From Octopus sinensis (Eukaryota), in assembly GCF_006345805.1 (NCBI RefSeq), contig NC_042999.1, forward strand, positions 32,612,001 through 32,676,000: a stretch of DNA of 64,000 nt. The letters run 5' to 3'. The position numbers were made by a program, and so were the translations under genes. Positions 50,510-62,573 of this stretch are shown piece after piece (the stretch's first letter is position 1; every line of letters starts with the position of its first letter). Under the pieces are notes generated by a model that searched no databases, was not told the origin of the DNA, and saw nothing but the letters and a program-made list of their open reading frames with translations.

Positions 50510-52036
50510 TTGGAAGAATTCTGGAGAGAAATATGGTCGGCGAACGAACAGCCAAAAAAAAGGAGTATCAAAATAACAAACTCGGCATCTGAACAACTTT
50601 GGACCCCCATAACAACTGAAGAGGTCACCCAGGCACTGCAAAAACTAAGCAACTGGAAGGCACCTGGGCATGACAAGATCCCCAACTTCTGGTTGAAATA
50701 TCTAACAGGAATGCACAAAAAGCTGGCTGAAAACTTTAACAGCATACTAGAAGACCCAGAGACAATGCCTGAATGGCTCACGAAGGGGAAAACCATCTTA
50801 ATTCCCAAATCAAATGAAACAACAAAACCAGAAAACTACAGACCAATAACCTGCCTCCCTACTATGTTCAAGGCATTTACTGCAGTGATATCGCAAAAGC
50901 TGAACAAGCACCTGGACGAAAACAAACTGTTCCCAGAAGAGCAGAAAGGATGCCGCAAAGGCTCATATGGCTGTAAAGATCAACTAATGATTAATAAAGC
51001 CGTAACTGAAGACAGCCACAGAAAGAAGAAAGGCCTCAGTATGGCCTGGATTGACTACAAAAAGGCGTTTGATAGCATCCCCCACACATGGATCCTCGAA
51101 ACACTAGCCATTAACAAAGTAGCACCAACAATCATAAAATTCATAGAGCACTCTATGAATAAATGGCAAACAGTCCTACACCTTCAAACAAAAGAGGGAC
51201 TCATGAAAACCAAAGACATCCCCATTAGAAGAGGAATATTCCAGGGAGACACGCTCTCTCCACTCCTTTTCTGCTTGGCACTGTCACCTCTATCTGATAT
51301 GCTAAATAGAACTGGATGCGGATATAAATGTTACGGCAAAACGTTCAGCCACCTTTTATATATGGATGACCTAAAACTATACGCTGCAAATGACAAACAG
51401 CTGGAAACACTATTAAAGACAGTTCATGGATTTACCAAAGAAATAGATATGAAATTTGGATTAGAAAAATGCGCCAAAGTAACCATGAAAAGAGGAAAAC
51501 TAGTTAAGAGTAACAACATCACACTAGATAAAACCAATGAAATAAAAGAATTAGACCAAAGCCAAACTTACAAATACTTAGGAATCCATGAACTAGATAA
51601 GACACAACACACACAAATGAAAGAGAAAATAAAAAAAGAATATTATAGACGAGTTAGATCAATACTAAAAACAGAGCTCAATGCTAAAAACAAGATAATA
51701 GGTATCAACACTTTAGCTGTCCCAGTTATAAGTTACAGCTACAATATCCTTAACTGGACACGAAATGAACTGTCCAAAATAGATAGGAAAACAAGAAAAA
51801 TACTGACAGGATCTAGGATGCATCACCCAAAATCTGACATAGAAAGACTATATATACAACGTATAGAAGGTGGTAGAGGCCTTATACAGCTTGAAAACTA
51901 CTATAAAATAACCACCATAGGACTGCAAAAATACCTACTTCAGAAGGAAGGAAAACTGATCCAGATAGCAGCAAAACACGAGCAAAACATAAAACTGTTC
52001 TCAGTATTTAAGGAAGCTGACAAATACAAACAATAA
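50510..52036 (+). CDS. Reverse transcriptase domain of RLE LINE (truncated, premature stop)
   Basis: KAPGHD, YRPITCL, EQKG, WIDYKKAFDS, GIFQGDTLSP, LYMDDLK, YKYLG, GGRGL. Confidence 0.9.
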   Translation: MEEFWREIWSANEQPKKRSIKITNSASEQLWTPITTEEVTQALQKLSNWKAPGHDKIPNFWLKYLTGMHKKLAENFNSILEDPETMPEWLTKGKTILIPKSNETTKPENYRPITCLPTMFKAFTAVISQKLNKHLDENKLFPEEQKGCRKGSYGCKDQLMINKAVTEDSHRKKKGLSMAWIDYKKAFDSIPHTWILETLAINKVAPTIIKFIEHSMNKWQTVLHLQTKEGLMKTKDIPIRRGIFQGDTLSPLLFCLALSPLSDMLNRTGCGYKCYGKTFSHLLYMDDLKLYAANDKQLETLLKTVHGFTKEIDMKFGLEKCAKVTMKRGKLVKSNNITLDKTNEIKELDQSQTYKYLGIHELDKTQHTQMKEKIKKEYYRRVRSILKTELNAKNKIIGINTLAVPVISYSYNILNWTRNELSKIDRKTRKILTGSRMHHPKSDIERLYIQRIEGGRGLIQLENYYKITTIGLQKYLLQKEGKLIQIAAKHEQNIKLFSVFKEADKYKQ

Positions 52037-52105
52037 ATCATACCACCTAATAAACACAAAGAAGAAGAAGAAGATGATGAAGAAACAACAAAAGCTATAA
52101 AACAA

Positions 52106-52921
52106 ATGAAATCCAAACTAATAATAGAACAGCAACGATCCATGATAAAACGATGGCAAGAAAAGCCCCTTCATGGTAAATACTGGACTAAACTAAACGC
52201 AAAAGAAATAGACAAAGAAAAATCCCAGCAATGGTTGAGAAGCTCAGGACTCAAAGCAGAAACAGAGGGATTTTTAATCGCAGCACAAGACCAAAGCCTC
52301 CCCACCAGAAATTACCAAAAACATGTAATGAAAAGAAATATTACAAGTAACTGCAGAATATGTGGAGATGGACAAGAAACAATAAATCATATTATCTCTA
52401 GCTGCCCAGTCCTGGCTAAGAAGGAATATATTCACAGACATGACAGAGTTGGAACCTACATACATTGGAAGCTATGCCAACATTATGGAATAACAACAGA
52501 AAAAAGATGGTATAGGCACACACCAGAAAAGGTCACAGAAAACGAGAAAGCAACCATACTCTGGGATATGCCGATACACACAGAGAGAGAAATTAAGGCC
52601 AACAGACCAGATATAGTTGTCAGAGATCATGAAGAAAAAAAATGCTTTCTAATTGATGTATCAATACCGGCAGATGATAACGTGTCTCTAAAAGAAATGG
52701 AGAAACTCTCAAAATACAAAGACCTGGAAATAGAGGTAACTAGAATGTGGAACCTGAAAACAGAAACAATTCCTATCATAGTAGGTGCATTAGGCATGAT
52801 AAAAAAATATTCAGACAAATACATAACAAAAACGCCAGGACTTACAAAGACATATAACATACAGAAAATTGCACTACTAGGCACTGCACACATCCTACCC
52901 AGAACACTTTCCATACAATAA
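52106..52921 (+). CDS. CCHC zinc knuckle plus RLE (PD-D/ExK) endonuclease of the same LINE
   Basis: CRICG..ETINHIISSC, RHD, RPDIVV..IDVSIP..KLSKY; same frame as 50510-52036. Confidence 0.9.
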   Translation: MKSKLIIEQQRSMIKRWQEKPLHGKYWTKLNAKEIDKEKSQQWLRSSGLKAETEGFLIAAQDQSLPTRNYQKHVMKRNITSNCRICGDGQETINHIISSCPVLAKKEYIHRHDRVGTYIHWKLCQHYGITTEKRWYRHTPEKVTENEKATILWDMPIHTEREIKANRPDIVVRDHEEKKCFLIDVSIPADDNVSLKEMEKLSKYKDLEIEVTRMWNLKTETIPIIVGALGMIKKYSDKYITKTPGLTKTYNIQKIALLGTAHILPRTLSIQ

Positions 52922-53020
52922 CCATACAATCAGAGCATCACAACAAATCACAACACATACCCAAGGCACACAGAGCTGCGCTCGGTAGTGAAGTGAAAGC
53001 ACGCTATAAAAATAAAACTA

Positions 53021-53068
<48 letters not shown>

Positions 53069-53529
53069 TATTATTATTATTATTATTATTATTTATTTTA
53101 AAAAGATTGCTGTAACTCTTCACAAAAGGAAATAGACAATACGGAGAGCGCGGTGTGATTGCAATAGAAATTTTATTGGATGAACGATATTTCGACAGTT
53201 ACCCTGCCTTCGTCGATTATAAAATGAAAAGTGATCCTTAAAAATTCAAAATTAGAGAAATTCAAATTCATAATTTGAAGGGCAACCAGCGTCTGCAAGT
53301 TGTCGGAATGACGTCATCGGTATTCAATTTTCAAGTTTACTACTGGCAAAAAGAAAAAGAAAGACAAAACGTGAAAAAGAAAAGAAAGGGAAAAGAAGAA
53401 TACTTAAATAGTTTTGTGTAAATATGATGAAATTCTGTCATTTTATTTATTCCCCAAGGGCGTTTTGTTAATAACTCGTAAACATATTTCTCCTCGTGCA
53501 TTTTGAGTATCGAAAGTGTAGCTGATTCA

Positions 53530-53800
53530 GTATATTTTCTGAGAATATGCACTTTCATATCTTTTTCAAATCTGCAGCCGTTTGATGCAAAATGTTCGGC
53601 AAGTTCTGTCGAACTGCTATAATTGTACCTGACGTCATATCTGCGCCCATTGAATCATTTGTTACAATTGTTCTAACGGAAATCAAGTTGTTTTGTGCAT
53701 TCTCCCGCATACAACAAATGGGAATCTCTACACGTCCCACCATCCTTGTAAATCATAACGTTTCTGTTATGATTCCTGATGGGATTCCTTTGACTCGTGT
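53530..53800 (-). mobile_element. Possible Tc1-like transposase N-terminal remnant
   Basis: Weak similarity only (..ISVRTI..GRVEI..). Confidence 0.2.
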
Positions 53801-54164
53801 CATTGCACAATAAACATAGCTTATCTCTCTTACGGCTGTTTTTCAGAGTATAACGTGCAGAAACTCCAACTCCTCTTATATTCTTCTTCCCTCTAAGGTT
53901 TACAATAGGCAGCTGAGGAAATATTTATTTGAAACGGGGTTGTTTTTCTGCAACATGCCGGTAATTTTTATATAAAACATTTGAAATGCCGGTGAAATTT
54001 CGGTGCCAGGTAATCATTAAAGGAATTCTGTCACGTTTAGTGATTAACATGCACCAAAATTTCACTGGCATTTCCAGTGTTAATGGGATTGATTTATTCG
54101 ACTAAATACTCTTCAAGCATGGCTGCAGTCAAATGACAGAAAGGAGTAAGAGGTAATACGTATG

Positions 54165-54530
54165 TATGTATGCATGTTCGGGTCGTCGGCGACTAAACCG
54201 GCAACCCCTCCAAGCTTGCTTGGTGAGGAGGGTGTTTTATGGACATGCTGCGGGATGAAAAACAAAACCCGTCAAAGGGCGGAGGAACTCTTAAGAGTGA
54301 ACGGTCATCCAATTAATGTCTTAAGGCTGTATCATGCGCGGGGACATAGAAATAATCGGACTGAATACCCGATCGCGCGGTAAAACCATTGAGAGTGAAG
54401 GACTCCTAGACTTTGTTAGGGAATCCTTCTAGGAGAAGGTAACTCAGGTAACTGGGATAACTCCGTCTTCAAACCTGCGGCTCAGTGGTTACCGATGACG
54501 TTGACTTGTGCTTCTTTTTGTATTATGGCT
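54165..54530 (+). mobile_element. RTE-LINE 5' UTR-like repeat (second, diverged copy at about 54700-55470, split by a SINE)
   Basis: Shared CAAGCTTGCTT(G/A)GTGAGG, GGGATGAAAAA.AAAACC, CTAGGAGA.GGTAACTC and AAACCTGCG blocks. Confidence 0.4.
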
Positions 54531-54997
54531 GCTGTTGCTTAGTGAGTGGGATTGACTCAGTGCACAGCCTTTCCTCACTTAAAAAAAATCTTCTTGCACA
54601 GGCATTGCACGATAACAACATTGATTAAGCTTCGTGCAATGGCCATACTCGATAACGTGGGGGCAGCCATCATGTATGTATGTATGTATCTTTCTATCTA
54701 TATATGTCAGGTCGCGCTCAGGTGATACTGGTAACATGTAACCCAGTGCAACCTGTTGCATGGTTGAGTTGTCGGCGATTAGACTCGCAACATCATCAAG
54801 CTTGCTTAGTGAGGTGGAATGATCGACACCCTATGGGATGAAAAATAAAACCTGATCAAGGAGCAGATGAGCTCATGAGCAGTCAACGGCCATCCCAAAA
54901 TATGTGTGCATATGTATGCACGGGTACATGGAATACGTGGATTGTTGTCTAGGCGCGTGGATTGGTGCCCAGGCGGCCCCTCTGTTATTGTAACAAT

Positions 54998-55372
54998 GGG
55001 AAGCACTCAGTCGGTTACGACGATGAGGGTTCCGGTTGATCCGATCAACGGAACAGCCTGCTCGTGAAATTAACATGTAAGTGGCTGAGCACTCCGCAGA
55101 CACGTGTACCATTAACGTAGGGGATATTCAGCGTGACAAAGAGGGTGACAAGGCCGGCCCTTTGAAATACAGGTACAATAGAAACAGGAAGTAAGAGTGA
55201 GAGAAAGTTGTGGTGAAAGAGTACAGCAGGGATCACCACCATCCCTGCCGGAGCCTCGTGGAGCTTTAGATGTTTCCGTTCAATAAACACTCACAACGCC
55301 CGGTCTGGGAATCGAAACCGCGATCCTACGACCGCGAGTCCGCTGCCCTAACCACTGGGCCATTGCACCTCC
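54998..55372 (-). mobile_element. Full-length tRNA-derived SINE family C with 12-bp TSD
   Basis: Head GGAGGTGCAATGGCCCAGTGGTTAGGGCAGCGG..GGTTTCGATTCC; TSD TATTGTAACAAT at 54986-54997 and 55373-55384. Confidence 0.92.
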
Positions 55373-57599
55373 TATTGTAACAATATCTCTCTAGGAGAGG
55401 GTAACTCTAAGAAAAAACCTGCGACACTGACAATATTCGATGATGTAGACTAGGTCTTCCTTTTGAGTTTATGTTCTCCATGTTCAGACAGTCGGATTAT
55501 ATTTGTACAAATACTTTACCCACTATAAAAATATTAATGCAAAAGAATCGCTTGAAAAAAGTACGACTTACCAAAAAAAAAAGCTGGTCGTAGCCTTTGC
55601 ATATGTGGGACTTTCGATCAGACGATGGCAATATTCGAACTCGAGTTTGCAGCCATCATGTATGCATGTACATTTAACTTAAGTGGCGAACCTCAAAAAT
55701 TATTCAGTCACATCATTCTACACGTATTTTATTAATAATACTATTAGGTATATTAAGAAAACCTAAACCAAGTTTACAGTTTCAAATTCCATTATTGCGT
55801 AATGCTTGTGGATACGGTTTTATATTTATAATTATCCCAAACATTGATACGGCAGCAAGAATTCTAATGTGTTAAACTAGCTGATTTTTTTTTCTTTAAA
55901 ACCCAGAGGTAAAGAGAACATTTTCGATGATACTTGAGAAAATTTTAAATACCAGTGTCTCCATCGTTGAGAGCATTATTAATAGATTTCTTATTTCAAG
56001 GACGCCAGCGACATATTTCTCTATTTTATTAATCTTATTTTCTTGCCATTTAGCTTAATTACCTTTCGCTCACACAGACAAACTTAAAAACAAAAGATGG
56101 TTCTGTTTAGAACTGTTTTCTTTCTCGCATCTGCTCCCAGAATGCTACCCTGGTACTTATAAGCAATAACAATACAACTTCAGAAAAAGCAGTTAGCAGA
56201 AATTATTCTATTACGTCAAACTTCGAACGTAATATTATTGTTTTCACAGAAACATGTATAGCTACAAGATACTCCAAGAGAACAAAATAATGATGGCCTA
56301 CTTAAAAATACAACATGTATTCGAAAGTTATTTGGGATCAATTTCTTTCGTAGACATCTCATACACTAACCGCATATAACTATCCGGTGTTCGAACGAAA
56401 TCATATATAATGCTATTGGCAGAAAGGTCAGTTGTAATATAAAGTTAAAAATAGGTGGAGGATAAATATATAAACAGGGGTAATAATGACGCATGATCAA
56501 TATGGAAGCGGGGGTCATAATGACTGAATGACATATGAAATGCACCAAGGGTGATATAGATGTATGTGACAGAAATGTCAAGTAGTTTTGGCAATTAGAT
56601 TCAGAGTGCATTTCATTCAAAATCAGTAGAAAGAATATGGAAAGGAAATAAAGGAAAGAATGGAAGAAAATATGCAATTTCGTTATTTCGATTATAGATA
56701 CGCTTAAATTTGGATTCATAAGCAAACTTGAAAAAGTTGAACGAATTCTGAAATAAAATACCAGATTATTTCTGAAGATTTGTCTTGTTATTAACTGTTG
56801 CGATCTTTTACTAACGATTTTTCTGAATTGTATGAGTCAACAACTTTAAATAATCCACGAAAATTCATTGTTGACATATTGATAATTAGAAATCAGTTTG
56901 AATATCAAAAATATTTCGGTCACTAATATCAAGAGATTATTCACACGCAAGATAGTAATTTGTTTGAAAAGAAGAACTTTTAGATGCTTTTATTCAAAAA
57001 TGCTATACGTATTACAATGAAAACAGATACGTATATACGCAAGTCACTTATTATACCGATGTATAATAAATTCCTATCTTTTGCAGTTTTCTTCTTTTCC
57101 TAGGAGTCAATCAATGTTTCATTGTAATATTTTAATGAATTAAATTATATACTCTTTCCCGCTCATGCTTATAGACTCGAATAATATCTAGACAAAAGTT
57201 TATTAATTTACTGCCACATGGATGCCTACAATGACGTGATAGTGTTGATAAAATGTATAAGAAAACTTCCACAAGAGAGTGGACGTGTTCGATAAGCATA
57301 CACGTAATTTCTCTGCCAGAAATATCTGCACACATGCTGCCTTGCTAGTAATGAAGCTTGTTCCAGAAACATATATTGTATTAAATAACGAAACGAAATG
57401 CAAAAGTGCTTATGTACGCATATAAATATATATGCACACAAACGCGCACGCAGACGTAAGCACACACAAACACCCATACATATGATCCCAAATGGACACA
57501 TGATGATGTGACTATTTATTGAAGCTCTCAACTTAGGAAAGCTAAGTTGCGGTACATATTTATTCAAAAAGAAAAAAATACATTCTGAAACCGTTAGAA

Positions 57600-57950
57600 C
57601 AAAATCACAGATTGGGGGATTATAGTAGAACTCCGGATACCCCGAGGATATATCATCCAAAATCTTCATTATGCCTCCGTATTTCGGACTGGCTTTCAAT
57701 TTCTGTTAACCTCTAAACTGTAAACTATGCTTTAGTTTCTTCCTCAAAGTCATCTCTACCGATTCTGGGAAACCACCCTTCTACTCACTTCTCATCTATA
57801 ATGGCACTATGAAGAGTTGTCACGTGTAATCTCCTAATTTGCCAATCGATTTATCGCCCACTTCGAAATTGCAATTAATAGGTATATCCCTTTAAAATTT
57901 TAAGGTGCTATAGCAGATTTTGGTACCTGGGTAGCAATTGGTATTTCCTA
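57600..57950 (-). mobile_element. Possible Gypsy integrase C-terminal remnant
   Basis: FEVGDK..KLKASPKYGG..KIL resembles the GPY/F region; stops present. Confidence 0.25.
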
Positions 57951-59587
57951 TTTGGTTAGCCGGAGAAAGTATTTAAAAAAATGGCTAATATTTCCTTCAA
58001 ATATTGTTGCATTTATTAAGAATCCCTCTCAACACATGGCTATGATACCCCACCACTATTCCGCTAATGATCAGGTATGCAAATATCGTCAGCTATTAAG
58101 TGACATGCTCAAGTGGTTATGGTGAAGCAACTGACAGGCAAATCTATGGTATTGAGCAGAAAAATTGCTATAATGATATTTCTGCTTCAGCAACTCAGCG
58201 CGGAATGTCTCTGATATGTAATGCAAAATAGGTCAGTTTCAAGCCACTGATGTGCAGATCACAAAAGTAAAATTGGAAGTGAAAAATAGTCATTTCCTTT
58301 GATTTCTAAATAGAATTAAATTGTAAATAACACTTTTAACCAAAAAGAAAATACATCAATATATAAATAAATGTAAATTTTGTTACACAGCGTTATATTT
58401 CCCAAGAAAATATTCAGCTACATTTCTGGCGAAGGGCAGAAGGAATAGTACATGAATTATGTACATAACCCAGGAGAGAATAATGCAGTAATGCAATACA
58501 AAATATGCACACATACGCACTCAAGAATATATATGTACTTATACTTAGATAAGTATGTGTGTATTACATACATGAGTACATATATGGCACAGAGGTAATC
58601 AAACATAATCACTTACACATTGTGACTGGACTACTGATGACAAAATATGACTGCATTTGATAAAGACTAAAAGAAAATAAAGATCAATATATTGACAACA
58701 CCATCAAAAACACTGCGTGAGATGACAGCATCAACAAGCTTAATGGGTGTGGATGAGAATAACCCCGAAGAACAATAATAAGAATGCGAAAGATAAAAAT
58801 AATACTAGTCACAAGTTGATTCCTGAAACAAATCAGATCTAAAAAGAAACTATGTGCTAAAAAGAAATGCATGTGAGAAGCAGAGAAAAATCCAAGAAAA
58901 AAAAGAGAACAAGATACTAAAGAACATGGTGTTTAATGACCGACTGCGTCTGGAAATGTTTGAAGACGTTGAGAAATTATAGCTTAAGTGTTTTGACTTG
59001 ATTAAATGACTTCCAAAATGGTATACATCTATTTATGTCGTTTCTGTGTTTCGGGGAACAGAAAGGAAAATAAAAATTTAAAAACTGCGTTTATCATAAA
59101 GAAAAATGCCAGAAGAGACGACGAAATAAAATAAGAAAAAAATTCTAAGATAAGTTTGAGAAAATTGAATATTTTAGTGAATTTGATGATAGCAATTTTA
59201 AACTTTAAAACATGTAACAAAAGTTATCATTTCATTAATTATTTATCACCTCTTACTCACTCAATCAATTACGCCTACAAATAGTAAACATATATGGGGA
59301 CAAACATAATTGCATACAAAAATAACAACGGCTCAAATATTGGAACAAAATTCAAGAAAAAGTATTTGAACCAAAAAGACCACTACTAAGCAGGCAGACA
59401 CACACATACACAGACACACACAAACTACTGAACATGAACATTTAAATATAGAAAATGCTTCATATAATCCAAATATGAAGATATGCATTCAGTTTGAAAA
59501 CACTATATTTGTAAAGGGCCATATTTGTATGTGTATGCTCGTGTGTATGTGTGGGCGAGTATGCGTATATATATATATATATATTTA

Positions 59588-59872
59588 CATACTGTTGTGT
59601 CTGGGGAGAGTCATTTTCTTTTTGTGCCTTATTATTTAATACACTCACCGGTAAAATTTCCTCTTATTTTTTATTTTTATTATCCTAAAATTTTCGTTTC
59701 TTTTGCAACCTTTTCAATAGTTTTAGAGACTCAAAACTATTGAAAAGGTTGCAGCACGCGACGAAAAGTTTAGGAAAATAAAAATAAGATATAAGAGGAA
59801 ATTCTACCGGTGAGTATATTATATTATAACGCACAAAAACAAAATGACTGTCCCTAGACACAACAGAATATG
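59588..59872. repeat. 285-bp fold-back with perfect 21-bp central stem
   Basis: TGCAACCTTTTCAATAGTTTT-agagactc-AAAACTATTGAAAAGGTTGCA plus imperfect outer arms. Confidence 0.88.
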
Positions 59873-59933
59873 CTTCAACACATGAACTCATATAAAGAAT
59901 CTTGCAAACCAGATCCAAAAACGAAATATATAT

Positions 59934-59976
<43 letters not shown>

Positions 59977-62360
59977 ATATTTATATATTTATATGTATAT
60001 CGAGGCATGTATGTATGTTGACACGAGTACATTTGTGCAAATTAAAGTGGAGAAAATAAAACCCGCATACCAAAATTAGAGTAAAATATAGCGTCTTATT
60101 GTCGCTGTAAACAATTCAAAGACTGTTACCGAGCGAATCACATAGTGGGTCATGAGACGCAAGGAAGTTTATTTTTAAAATTACACGGTTATATAAATGT
60201 TTACGAATGATGCAGTTATTATAATTTAGTAACTCATATAATATACATTTGAATCTAACGAACAGTGATTATTTCCGAAGTTAATAGAATCTGTCGTATA
60301 AAAATGATTGACTTTCGAAAGAGAAAATTTAATTTAATAGCCCGTCGAAATTGAATTAGAAATTGAAATTGCAATAGTCATATAAACTTGGAAATAGGTA
60401 TCATATTTGAAGCGAAGAATACTAGTCTTATAGACGTGATAACACTAAAATGAAACAAAGCGTAAAAATATATAGTAAAAGCTGTGGTAAGAGTATATGA
60501 GTATCCCGAAAAGCAAGCAAAGAGTAAATGAATAAATCTATTATAACGGTAAGAAAACAGGAAATAAGAAAGAAAGAATATGAAAACATACTTAAATAAA
60601 AAGTAAAGTTAAAAATAAAGAAGATAAAATTTTAAACAAGAAGGAAAATAGATGGGCAATGTTAAAATATAATTTTAGTTGCAATTGGTAGGAGTAATTA
60701 GAAAACCTCCCAAAACAACAAAAATGCTGTGTAGAAACCCAAAATAATATTGTCAAAATCTGATGAATGCATTTTCGAAATTTGAACGTGTTTGGTGATA
60801 TATGAAATAATTAATCAATCACTTCGAAATTGGAGTGATAATTTTAGAATGAGGTAACAAAATAGCACTACATAATAAAAATGTGCATAACTAATGAATT
60901 GAACTATGAAATAGAAAAACAGCGAAATTAAAAGTTGAAAAGAGAAAAAAAAATCTTTCAAAATGCATTTAGATCACCACCGTCGGAAGGAAACATTGCA
61001 AGTTCAAACACACAAAAGAAAAAGAAAAAAACACAAAAATTTCAAAATGCTTCGAAAATATTTAAAATGATAAAACATACATTAAAATATAAGCGTTAGT
61101 TATAAATGGTAGCATATTAATCGTTCGGTTGAAGAGGTCTTCAAATCAAATGCTTAGAAGAATGGTTGATTTCTAATTTAAGGGTAATTTTTCCTAAAAC
61201 TGAATAAAGTATACGTTTATTTGTAGTGAATAGAAAATAGTTGAACATAAGTCGATAACAGCTTACTCTTTCGATGATTACCTGTATTCTGGATATTTAT
61301 GGGAAATTTTGGGACGGTAACATTTTATCTTGAAGCTTCTCTCCCCGACTTCCTTATAAGTTGCCTGGTGTGCAATCGATTTTGTCAGTTCATCGTCTTA
61401 ATTAAACTAATGGTAATAAAGACAATACATCATCATATGACAGGATCAGCTCATATTATTCACAAGAAATACCTACTTTTTTTCTCTAAATGGTTTTAGC
61501 ATTGGTTACATAAACTCATGTGGAGTAAATTCCAACGAAAGCACACCCGCAGACACATAGACGCAGATACTTATACAAATGCTTTTAGATGTAACTACAT
61601 ATATATATATTTACAATATCAATCAATTCATTAAATCCATTCAAAACTGTCTACAGGTTGTAAATCTATAAAATATTTTGACTATTATTGAAATAACTTT
61701 TTTATTTTATGCTTAATTGTATTTTCACGGAAGACGGTGTTAGCATAATATATCGGGTTTGTAGCAAAAGATCGTGAGCTTTTCTTAGTATTTCCGATAT
61801 TTTGCATTAAACTTCTTACTCAAGTCTTCAGACATCGTGTAGCCGCCAGCAGTTACTAGAAATAATACACATTGATTCTTTTGTATATCAAGAAACTGAA
61901 TTCAAATTATATTATGAAATGTCTATCTCAATTGCATGAACATTGACACAAATCATATTATCATTGTGCAATAATTCAATAATTGAAATCTCGAGGCTTT
62001 CAGTTAATGATTCTTATATACCTTGAAAATGCTTAAAATCAGCTTTTAGTCTGTAGTTCAAGTAAGGGTTTAATACTCCCTTAGTGTCAACAAATTGAAT
62101 TGAAGCAACCAGCTAACTGAACGATTAGTGATAATTACAATTCTTCAATCATCAGCAAGTTGCATTCTTGACATGAGATATTGTAAGTTCTGTCAGAAAC
62201 GATGTCGATGTCTAGCAAAATTAGATAAGATAACAGAAAATCACATAAACGAATAAACCTAATAATAAAAAATTGAACTGCTTTCTCACATTAAAAGTTT
62301 TCAAGTCGAATTTGTCATGAGTGATTCAGACAATTAAATTTACGGAATTGTCAATAATAC

Positions 62361-62573
62361 TGATTTCAGATTTTGGCACAAAGCCTGCAATTTCGGAGGA
62401 AGTAGCTAAATCGATTACATCGACCCTGTGTTCAACTGGTACTTATTTTATCGACCCCAAAACGATGAAGGTGAAAGTGGAATTCGACGGAATTTGAACT
62501 CAGAACGTAAGAACGGACGAAATGCCGCTAAGCATCTAGCTCGGCGCATTAATGATTCTGCTTGATCACCGCC
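62361..62573 (-). mobile_element. SINE family A with degenerate TSD
   Basis: Core and head present; GGAATT(G/A)TCAATA on both flanks. Confidence 0.8.

Larger units (their letters stand above)
50449..53030 (+). mobile_element. 5'-truncated R4/Dong-clade non-LTR retrotransposon (RT plus restriction-like endonuclease)
   Basis: Continuous frame from FYQELGK (about 50449) to 52921 with one in-frame TAA at 52034-52036; 3' UTR followed by (AAT)n; (AAT)n upstream. Confidence 0.95.

Noticed and set aside
59720-59735. GTTTTAGAG resembling a Cas9-type CRISPR repeat start
   Set aside because: Single occurrence inside a eukaryotic hairpin; coincidence.
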